DNA of 64,000 nt from Massalongia carnosa (Eukaryota), in the NCBI GenBank assembly GCA_965645245.1, contig OZ287068.1, forward strand, positions 558,001 through 622,000, written 5' to 3'. Positions 53,380 to 64,000 of this stretch are shown in pieces (position 1 is the stretch's first letter; the number at the start of each line of letters is the position of its first letter). A program made the translations under genes and the position numbers. Below the pieces are notes generated by a model. The model searched no databases, was not told the origin of the DNA, and worked only from the letters and a program-made list of their open reading frames with translations.

Positions 53380-54711
53380 AGTGAGGATAGCGAGTTGTGC
53401 GATCAAACCATTTTCAAAGGTTATCGGGATGGAAATCGAAGATTCAGAGGGGCAAAAGACCAAGGGCTGGGAACCAAAGTGGTCTTATAACGCCGTAACC
53501 TTTTCCGCCTTGCATGAAATAGACATTGTGCTTCATTTCTCACAATGACTTTGCTGCGTTGATTACACCAACCGTGTTTACGCTTGTGAAATGAAAGGTA
53601 TGTACAATCACTTGGTGAACGTTGAATCCTTTCATGAATGATCCCAGCCAAGGGGCTCAGCCCACGAGGTTCATGTATCTAGTGTGGCCTTTAGGTGGGG
53701 GAAGTTCTGTTTCAAAGTTTTCCAGTCAGCCTGTTCAAGCAGTTCGACGAAAGAGGAAGACATCACGGCTCGCTTACATCTTCCCCGTTATCTAGCACGG
53801 CCAGCAGCATCCCGTACATGTTTCACGTATACAGAGTACAGCGAAGAAGGCTGAGGATAGGGTTCACAAACTAGGCTTGCGAATTTTGAACATTATCTGA
53901 TCGGTGAAATTATGAACTCTCTAGAACAATCCAACGCAATATGACATTTCTACCCCGATCTCTACAAAACCCAAATAGGAGGACAAAAACATAGCACTCG
54001 TTTCAAAAAAAACTGCATTCTAATGTTTTTTTGGCTAAAAGAAGAAAACGAAATCAAAGAGGCTGTCGTAAAGTGAATATTAATGAAAAGAAACGTTAGG
54101 TTATTCTGGCTGATTGACACTGGGCAAGTTATTTTGTCCAGATACCTGCAAAGGTCATTGATGGCATCTTACCTCAAGAATGAAGGAATTTAGCTAGAGT
54201 TGAGTTAAAGCGCTCATCGCCGTGGAGAATGAAAGTGAAGGGTAGGAGCAAATCCATTGAGCCTGACAAACGGAATAGGTAGAGGCAAAGTATCTAAGGC
54301 TATGTATGGCAGGTTGGACTATTGGAGCATCTAGACGATAAGATAATTCACCGCTGATACAAGTCATAAGTGATAAATCCCATTAGCGGCGTTATAGTGA
54401 GCATATTAGGCTTAGCGTTGTAATACTCTACTCTATATCAAGTTTCGGAACGCGGAAAAAATAGTGTACCGAGTACATAATACCTACATATAGGTTTTAG
54501 CTGTAGGTTGTAGTCGCCTCACTCATATCCTCTGTACCTTGCACGGTTACGAAGATAGACACGTGTAATTTACTGGAGTGGCGGCATCTCTTCTGTGGTC
54601 ATTGCTTGTCTTCTGGTTTAAACCATTGAGCTGTTGCGCGTAAATAGTTTCCAGCAGTCGCTGCCATTCAACCTTCGCTCCTTTTTCAACTCCCAGTCCC
54701 CGATAGTCAAC

Positions 54712-56195
54712 ATGGGCGCCGATCTAGAAAAGGAGCGTCTGTCGGCGGACATTGCTCGATCCAAGCCAAGCTCACCGATCCTTCCTACTTTCAATCCAGC
54801 TCTAGAGAAGACAGAACCTTCAGCTTCAAAGATACATCCTGCCGTATACGTCATGTGGGTGGTATCGTTGAGCTCTGATGATTGTTTGGAGGCTGACTGC
54901 ACCACCATGCAGCTCATGGATTTCGCTTAGCTCGACCACCATCTTATTCAACAAATGGATTCTGAGCAAAGACTCGCTAGACTTTCGTTGGTGATTCCGG
55001 CCTACATGAACCTCAAGGTTTTGCTAACTGATGGGTCTAGATTATCGTACGCCTACCTCTATGAACACCAATCATTCCTAGCTAATGACTCGCCTGTGTG
55101 ACAGCGATTGTCCTGACAACATGGCATCTTGTCTTTGCGACAATTATGACGCAAGTTCTATCACGGACAACAACGCTACTAGATGGGCGTAAAACAGTTA
55201 AAATGACCGGGAGGGTGTATTTGCGCGCCATTGTTCCAATCGGGGCGTTTTTTAGCTTATCACTTATTTGCGGGAACTTGACATACCTATATCTCAGCGT
55301 GGCTTTCATTCAAATGTTGAAGGTCCGTTGCCCCTAAGCCTGATAGACACCTACGGATTCTAATATCGGAAGTAGGCCACCACACCCGTTGCAGTTCTAC
55401 TCGCCGGGGCAGCTATGGGCGTGGATAAAGCCGATAAGAAAGTTCTTTTCAACGTATCTTTCATCGTCCTAGGGGTTGTTATCGCCTCCTTTGGTGAGAT
55501 CAAATTTGTCCTCATTGGATTTTTATTCCAGCTTGGAGGCATCTGTTTTGAGGCTATTCGACTGGTTCTAGTTCAAAGCTTGCTAAGTTCTGCTGAGTAC
55601 AAGATGGATCCGCTGGTGTCACTATACTATTTTGCTCCCGTTTGTGCGCTGATGAATATTTGTTTCTCGTTGATATTCGAGATACCAAAGATCACAATGG
55701 CAGAAGTATACCATGTCGGCTTCTCGACGTTTCTTCTCAATGCTACTATCGCATTCGCCCTGAACGTCTCCGCCGTCTTTCTCGTGAGTAGAGGCACATT
55801 TTGTTAAATTGGTTTCATGCTGGCTGACCAGAAAGCAGATCGGTAAGACATCATCATTAGTTCTCACGCTTTGTGGCGTACTCAAGGATATTCTTTTGGT
55901 CTTTGCTTCGATTGCCATTTGGGGTACCCCGGTTTCAGGGCTTCAATACTTCGGTTACAGCATTGCCCTGGGCGGCCTCATCTATTATAAACTAGGTGGT
56001 GAAGTGCTGAAGGCACAATTTGGAGAGCTGAATCGTGCATGGGCTGAGTATGGCGTCCGTTACCCTGCTCTGCGCAAGATCGTTGTCTTTGGTGCCGTTC
56101 TGCTGTTCTTGTTACTTGTTCTCGGGGAGATTGCACCTAGAGTGGGCTATGAATCCATCACGTCCATTATTACCGAAAATGAAAAGGTCGCATAA
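54712..56195 (+). CDS. glfB: UDP-galactofuranose transporter (nucleotide-sugar transporter)
   Basis: HPAVYV, LTTWHL.FAT, TTTLLDGRKTVKMTGRVYLRAIVPIG, YLSVAFIQMLK, KMDPLVSLYYFAPVC, IGKTSSLVLTLCGVLKDILL; near-identical to Aspergillus GlfB/UgtA. Five introns, including a 6-nt exon at 55041-55046. Confidence 0.92.
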
Positions 56196-56545
56196 GATTC
56201 TTTCTCGAGCAAAGTCCCTGGCTAGATGAGGATGTGTGGATTTTGATCCACTACATAAAGTCTTGTTCTTTCGGGCTTATGGCGCTTAGGCTATGAGTGC
56301 TGATGATAGGGAAGCTCCATAGATATCACGTTTAATTGTTGTTGGGCGAATACGATTAATTTTAAGCGCAAATTTGTAAAAAAGACAAACACATTTATAC
56401 ATATCTTAAACAACAGATTGATCCCGAGATTTGACATGATTATACCTATCTATGCAAGGTTCATCATCGTTAAAAAGATCTTACTCTGTATTTAAAGTCA
56501 GCCACGTTTATTCGTAAGGTAACTTATTCCGTACTCATTACTTAC

Positions 56546-56788
56546 CACGCGGTGCGAAAAATAGTTGACACACCAAAAATATAAAATAATTATGATAGGC
56601 TACATCGTTAAGTAAAACATTTCAAAAAAGTTAAGGTGAATTTGAACACATAAATCTATTACTCTATCAAGTCTGTTTTACTGGTTCATCTGTTGTTGAT
56701 TTTCTATATTATGTTGAAGCTTTGATCGTTGTGTAGTTTTATGCGTACTGACGAGTTTTGGTGTGTCAACTTTTTTTCGCACCGCGTG
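56546..56788. mobile_element. 243-bp MITE with 33-bp CAC-start TIRs and 5-bp TSD (Transib-like signature)
   Basis: Left TIR CACGCGGTGCGAAAAATAGTTGACACACCAAAA (56546-56578); right TIR 56756-56788 with 1 mismatch. CTTAC at 56541-56545 and 56789-56793. AT-rich non-coding interior. Confidence 0.9.
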
Positions 56789-56916
56789 CTTACCTAAATG
56801 GCACGCTAGGTAAGTTACACTTAGCTACGTATGAAATTCAAGGCGTGACGGTATGATTGATCTACTTTGTAGATATTCTCAGCTATGGTTAATCAATCTC
56901 ACTTTATATTCCTAGT

Positions 56917-59900
56917 ATGGACCAGACAGATGGGCTTGACGAAGCTCAACAACTTCCGCCCGCTGGTCTCTATGAGCGGCTCGCGCAGCTCTCCGGGTAT
57001 AGCTGGGATCAGTCATTAGCACCCTTCCATTCAGTAAGCAGATTCGCGATGGTTAACCGACCGTAGCACTGGGCTGACCTTGTTGGATACAGAGTTATGA
57101 TAACTGGCATGTTTTTGGTATTCAGCATGCCTTACGTGAATCGTCAGCCGCCTCGTCGTTGCATGAAACCGCCAGAACAAATTCGTCTAAAGGCTCTCCT
57201 CGACCCCTGGCTAAGCATCATGGGACCAGTAGCGATAAAGTCTACGATATCTCGTCTGCGAAGTCGGGAAGTGAAAGAACTTATATCCCCGTGGTTGCTC
57301 GTATCTCAACCCACGTACTCCGCCTCGAGCGAGAGTATCATTTCAACAAAACATTTATGCAAACCTCAGATCCTGAATGTAACCATACCGTGCGACTTAT
57401 TGATCTTGTAAGACTACCTAGTCATCAAGGTGACCCAAGCGGCACTATGATTGTTTCGATATTCGAGGCGCCAGGGCGGAATTATTTACAAGACCTTCTC
57501 AATTTTAGTTCGATGTGTTCACCGCCTGTGTGGTTCAAGGCGGCAAAGTCAGACTCGACCCCGAGAGTTACTAAACAACTTGATAGAACTGACAGTGGTA
57601 GTCAAAGTCTACAGGGTCATTTACCACTCTCAACGTTCCTTGACTTCGCCATTGGAGCCTGTGAATGCTTGGAGCTAATGCATCATGGGATTAGAGTGGT
57701 TCACGGCGAGATACGGGGGGACGCTTTCTACTTCAACCAGGAAACGGGAGCTGTGAAAATCATCAATTACGGATCCGGGCCACGGTCATTTGAAAATGGG
57801 CTGACGAGCACCGGTTGGCTGGCATTGTCTCGCGAGATTGGAATTAAGAGTAAGCTTCAATTCGTTGCTCCAGAACAAACTGGTCGCATGCATGCAGAAC
57901 CAGATAGTCGAACAGATATCTACAGTCTTGGGATACTCTTCTGGACTTTGCTTACTAGGCAGGCTGCTTTCGACGGGGATACACCGCTTGACGTGGTTCA
58001 GGCTGTGCTGGGCCGTCGAATTCCGCCTGTATCGGCTTTCCGCATCGATATCCCAGATGCTATTTCAGGCATCATTCGAAAAATGACGCAGAAACAGATT
58101 GACGAGCGCTACCACTCCACGAGCGGATTGAAATATGATCTTGTCGAAATTCAAAAGATCCTTGGAGATGGCGATAGCGAAGCGCTTGCGAACTTCAAGA
58201 TCGGCTCCAAAGACGTCTCTTCATTCTTTGTGCTTCCCACTAGTATTTTTGGAAGGGATAATGAACATGAAAGAATCGTAAAAGTAATCGAGAAAGTTTC
58301 CCACAGACAACAGATAACAGTCGACGCGAGTATGGCTGGAGCTTTGGACCTGAACTCTACTTCAACGTCATCAATATCAGATGGGCGCTATGACGCTCTT
58401 GAGACTGGTACTAAATCCAGTGATACAAGCTCTCAGGCTGGGAAGGAAACGAGATATAGCCCTTCGCTAAGTGCAATACATTCGCCTTATCCAGGCATAC
58501 GGCCACTGCAACTTGATTCTCAGGATAATTTAGATATCAGCGCGTCGCCTACCAAGCCCTCTACCAGTTCTTCTCATAACAGAGACCTGCTCGACCTTAG
58601 GGTTGCTTCAGAGCATCAAAGTGATGTTCCTAAAATTAGCAAACCTACAAATCTAGGTGCTGTGAACATCTCAAATGGAGCGGGCAACCAAAAATATAGG
58701 CGGAGAGGTAAATGTGAAGTGGTGACAATTGTTGGGGTGGCGGGATCTGGGAAGTCATCCCTCATTCAAAGTACCCAAGGAGAAATCCGGCGACTAGGAT
58801 ATTTCGCCTCAGCCAAGTTTGACCCTGCAAGGAAAGCGCCATTCGAGCCGTTGCTCCGCGCCATGGGATCTTTGTTTCGTCAGATCTTCTCGGAAAGCGA
58901 TATCAATAGTAATTATCACAACACAGTTCGTGGAAACATTGGGGCATTTTGGCCAACCCTCTGCAGCATGCTTGATCTGCCCGAAAGTCTCATATCTTTG
59001 GATGCCCAATACACAGCTCGCGCAGGTACTGTTTCTTCGCAGCATGGATCACATCTGTCTCTCCGACCGGAAATAACAGGTGCCTCCAGTACGAGCGGAA
59101 ATAGCAACACTGGGTCTCACGCATCTTCGGATTTCTTCCGAGGTAGTACAAATCCACGATCTCTAAAATTCATGCACGTTTTTCTTGAAGTTTTACGTGT
59201 ATTGTCCGCCAACAAGCTAATCTGTTTGTGTCTTGATGATTTGCAATATGCGGATGAAGAGAGCCTCGATCTAATCTCCAATATCATGTCGAGAAAGTTA
59301 GGAATAGCCATTATAGTAAGGTTTCCGCACACATTATAGGTATTTGATAAACTCATTAATGATGCAGGTCACTTGCCGCGAGGAAGGGATGGTATCTGGC
59401 AGAATCAGATCCGTCCTTGACGGCGGAAGTGCAAATGTGACCCAGATAAAGCTAGCACCGTTAGAGAAGCAGGACATTATCCAGTATGTCGCAGCTACAC
59501 TCTATCGACCTCAAGAATATGTGCTTCCATTAGCACTTATATGCTTGGAGAGAACAAACGGGTAAGCTCCATATTCTGGGTCTTAGTTTTGAATGCATCT
59601 TAGCCTCAATTTAAAAACCCCCTCTAATTTGATTAGAAATCCGTTTTATTTGAAACAGATGCTTGAGGTCTGTCATCGTAAGGGATGCCTTTGGTATTCC
59701 TGGAAGTCATCCGTATGGGAGTATGATATCGATAAAGTCTTCTCGGAGTTTGAAACCGAGAACTACGGCCAAAGGCTCAATACTAGCTTCATAACAAAGA
59801 GACTGCAAGACCTACCTGCAGCTGCTCGTTCAATTCTTGCATGGGCATCCTTGATCGGAAACACGTTTTCCTTCAAATTGATCCAAAGGCTCCTCAGCGG

Positions 59901-62900
59901 CGAATTCGACTATCCTGAAGATCGAGTGGGAGCTAATAAGCGTGCATGCTTGAGCGAGTCAGAAGTTTTTACGCCCCAGCATGCTGAGAACGTGGTCGAG
60001 GGTCTTCAAGCAACCTTGCAAGCATATATACTTATGCCTGGTAGCGATGATGATCAATTTTGGTATGATTATCTTTGTGCTTTTCTCGAACCACAGGGGT
60101 TGCTTCCTAAATTGGCTGACTAATTTAGTTTTTCGCACGACCGCTACATTCAAGCTTCCGCTCAGCTTAGAGAATGTCACAACGTCGCGAAAATGCATTT
60201 CATAATCGTACAAACCATGATGAAATACTCAAACATAGACGATAGATCAATGTACGCTCGCGCTCAACATGTACATCACGCAACTAGTGTAATCAAACGC
60301 CGGGTCCAGCAACGTAGCCGGTTCAGAGAGCTGCTAATCAAGGCAGCACAAAAGGCTATCGAGTCTGGAGCTCGTCCTACAGCTCTACAATATTACGAAG
60401 CGTGCCTTGATCTTATGCAGCCAGACCCTTGGAAAGATAGAACTGAGGATGTAGATTACGACGAGACATTAGCTGTATACACAAAAACCGCAGAGCTGTA
60501 CTGGTATCAAGGGCAATTTCAGGAAGCTCATAGATTAATAGCTTCCACCTTTAGCGGAGCCCGTACCGCCGTTGATAAAGCCCCTCTATGGATCTTGCAA
60601 TCACGACTCTTTGCACAGAGAGGCGATCTCACCGCAGCTTTTCAATCGTAAGTTCCTTCAGCCCCTTATCAATACTTGAGCTCATGGATAATATAGTCTC
60701 AAGACAAGCTTGTTAGAGCTGGGAATTCGGTTCGATGAACAACCTACGTGGGAAGCTTGCGATAAGGAATATCAAAGTCTAAAGGGGCGTCTACAAGAGT
60801 TTGGCCTAGAAAAACTCATCCACAAACCCTTCGTCAAAGACCGAAGAATCATACTTACTGGAGCGGTACTAACCGAAGCTATAAGTGCAGCCTATTGGAG
60901 TGATACACTATTGGTATGAACCTTTCATAGGTCTTGAAATTCTTCCGTAGCTGATCATCCAGTTTTACCAAATGGCGAATAAAATGATAGATTTGCATCT
61001 GAAAAGCCAGGGAACATTCTACCAGAGCGGCCCCGGATTCGCTTATTTTGCTTTGGTTGGCATAACTCGTTTTGCGGATCTATCGTTCGGCTCGCAGATG
61101 CATGATGTATCATACCAGCTCTTGAGACGATCCAATGATCCATATACAGTTGGCAGGGGCTTGACTATTTCAGCGATTTTCATTGACCATATGCTCACAC
61201 CGATTCGAGAACATTTCGACGTGTTGGGGGAAGCTATGGATCACTCACTTGCATGTGGCGACAAGCATGTTTTTCTGTTCTCGGTTGGTGGTATAGCTCT
61301 TTCTCGACTATTTCTGGGCATGGACATGGCTGAACTCGAGAATTACTGCAATATTGCGCCAGAAGATTTCGGCGATTGGCCCTCAGACCTTCGGGGAGGT
61401 GTACTTTTGCTAGCCGTTCGGTGAGTTCAGGATTTCTTTGAAAGAAAGTGTATGCCTGCCTTGTCAAGTAGTTCCTGGCCCTGGATGTATGAAAGGGGTA
61501 ACCCCCATCATCTGATTTCCCCGATAATCGATCGAATGTCTAGGAATAAGGAGCAAAGCTGAATCTTGAAGCTTATGGGCCAAGCGTTATGATATGTGTG
61601 AAGGCCGTTCCTCAAAGCCTGGTATACCAACAAACCAATGCTAATAATTCGGTCATTTTGCAGACAAATCGCTCGCTCGCTCCAAGGGAAAACGGGATCA
61701 TCTGAGGCCAAGACTGTCCTGTGTGACGAGTACCATGATACTGCTCAGTTCATGGAGTTTATAAATACACATGCTTCGAACAAAGAAAGGTTAGCCATAC
61801 ACGCCATCCTTATGTTCGCAGTGGTCTTACCTGTGATGTTAGACCTCGAGACTATTACAATAGCCTCCTGATGATACCGCTCTATCTCTTCGGACATTAC
61901 GAGCAAGCAATCGAAATAGGCAAAACCGTTATCCATACAATGCATGAACTGTGGAGCTGCCGAAACAGCCGTATCACATACTTTTACTTATCACTATCGA
62001 TCATAGCAAAGATCAGAGAGAACCCATCTAACGTCAATCGTGAAGAACTAATAGGGAAAGTCAGAGAATACAAGAGGCAAATCGATATATGGCAGAGCGA
62101 ATGCAATGTGAATTACCTGATGTGGTCGTTAATGTTGGAAGGTGAAATCAATGAACTAGATGGAAATCATCATAATGCCATTCAAGCTTACGAGGCTGCA
62201 ATCGACCATACCATGCTACACGACTTTGTACTCGAGCAAGCATTAGCGATTGAGCTACAGGGGGGGTTTTACATACGTCGGGGCGCCAAACGAGCCGCAC
62301 GTTCCATGTTGTTGGATTCCATCTTCATTTATTCACGAATTAATGCTAACGGAAAGTCTTCTCAACTCAAGGAAAAACACGAATGGGTGCTAAATGGGAC
62401 CTCAACTATGCGCACTGCGGATGTCGGGGTACAGACAGCAAGCACCATTGGTGAAATTGGTAACACTCAATATCGCATCGAAGAGAATGAGCGCCAGGAG
62501 ACACGAAATCTGGGTCGAGAAACTGCTGGTGATCGCACAAAAGCCTGGGTCGCCCCGGAATCTCCTACTAGAAACTCATCGAAGAGACAAGACTCCGTCG
62601 CAAGCCCGGACACGTCCGGGCTGGGACTAGATGTACTTGATCTTCAGAGTATTCTCGAATTCAATCAAGCAATCTCCTCTGAGCTACAGATAGATCGCCT
62701 ATTAGCTCAAATGACTGGGATCATTTTGGAAAGTGCTGGTGCACAGGCCGATTTTGCTGCAGTGGTTATTGAAGGGGAAGGAGGTTGGTGTATTGCCGCT
62801 AGTGGCACAGCAGACAAAATCTTATCAGAGGTGAGCGCTTCGGCCCTGAAAAGCTATAGCAATGCTAATATTCACAGGCTGTGCCTCTTTCAGAAATCCA

Positions 62901-64000
62901 GGATGAAACGCAAAAGCAAGTTCTACTATATACCATGCGGTTCAAGGAGATTGTTTTCGTCCGTAATGTGGTTCATGATGATAGGTTTTGCAACACGCCA
63001 TCCATCAAGTCGGTTATATCTCTGCCTATTATCCAAGGGAGCGATCTGTTAGGAGTACTCTATTTAGTAAGTCTATCTGTTCTAAGACAAAGCAGTTTTC
63101 GAATTAGACTTAGTTGAAATAAACAATAAATCCAAACACCTATTCGACGTATTCTTTGTATACGGGTAATCTAAGCTAATTTTCTGCTAGGAAGGTCAGC
63201 CCAATTCTTTCACAGATCGTAACCTTGGTGTACTACAGTTACTCTGTAACCAGGTTGGTATCTCGATTTCCAACGCTCTTCTTTTTAGGCGGATTAGAAA
63301 AGTCTCAGCTTTAAATACTAGCATGATAGAGTCACAGAAGCGCGCTCTAGCTAAGGCTCGAGAAGCCGAGACCAAGGCCAAACTTGCTGAAGCTGAAGCA
63401 ATGAGGAATGCAAAAGCGAAGTCTATATTTTTGGCGAATGTTTCCCATGAACTCCGGACTCCTCTGAATGGTGTCATTGGTATGTCAGAGCTGCTTAAAG
63501 CTACGTCTCTGAACAGGGAACAAGACGGATACGCCGATTCTATCCGTGTCTGTGCAGGTAAGAGTATTCCCGTATATCCATTAGAAGTTATATATTGATG
63601 TTGGAAGATACGCTATTGACGGTCATCAACGACATCCTCGACTTTTCAAAGCTGGAGGCAGGAAAGATGAAACTCTTTAGCGTGCCGCTGAATCTTAGAG
63701 ATACCATTACCGAAGTAGTTCGAGCTTTATCATACACTAATATCGAACGTGGTTTGCAGACCATAGAAGATTTAGACCTGGACTCAACAACGCTGGTATT
63801 TGGCGATCCTGTCCGATTGCACCAAATCATCATGAACCTGCTTAGCAACAGCTATAAGTTTACTGCCAAAGGCTCTGTGACGGTACGATCCCGGACCGAA
63901 TGCGAAAATGATGAAATCATTCGCGTTACCTTTTCCGTGACGGATACGGGAATTGGTATCACACAAGAGCAAGTCTCTAGGCTTTTCAGGCCCTTTTCTC
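56917..64000 (+). CDS. Group X hybrid histidine kinase (Chk1/Mak2-3/PhkA-like), 3' incomplete
   Basis: Exon 1 MDQTDG…[13 protein letters not shown]; degenerate Ser/Thr kinase domain ([22 protein letters not shown]); P-loop GVAGSGKS with [23 protein letters not shown]-box [19 protein letters not shown]-box [15 protein letters not shown]. Many introns. Confidence 0.95.

Overview
Intron-rich filamentous ascomycete (Pezizomycotina) nuclear DNA. The first ~10.7 kb is an accessory, decaying region with no intact core gene. It holds an internally deleted AcademH-like DNA transposon (RecQ-type helicase and DUF6589-like transposase remnants, convergent) inserted in a stop-riddled pseudogene, a discoidin-domain membrane protein gene with an in-frame stop, a carboxylesterase pseudogene and an (AAG)49 tract. 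From 11 kb onward lies a conserved gene-dense block: perilipin CAP20/MPL1, RPN6, SOF1, SNF12/RSC6-like (GC-AG intron), a ~2200-aa coiled-coil protein with a 4x56-aa repeat, RPL27, an OGFr-domain protein, an SDR, a conserved hypothetical, a metallo-beta-lactamase-fold hydrolase, a triple C2HC zinc-finger protein, UDP-galactopyranose mutase glfA, a Cdc26-like-motif protein, PDK1 (Pkh/Ksg1), an atypical hydrophobin-like protein, UDP-Galf transporter glfB (6-nt microexon) and a group X hybrid histidine kinase that runs off the window end. Two clean insertions sit in promoters: a 3.4-kb MULE with ~93-bp TIRs and a perfect TSD, and a 243-bp MITE with CAC-start 33-bp TIRs and a 5-bp TSD (Transib-like signature). 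All calls come from reading the sequence and recalling family motifs; no database searches were run.
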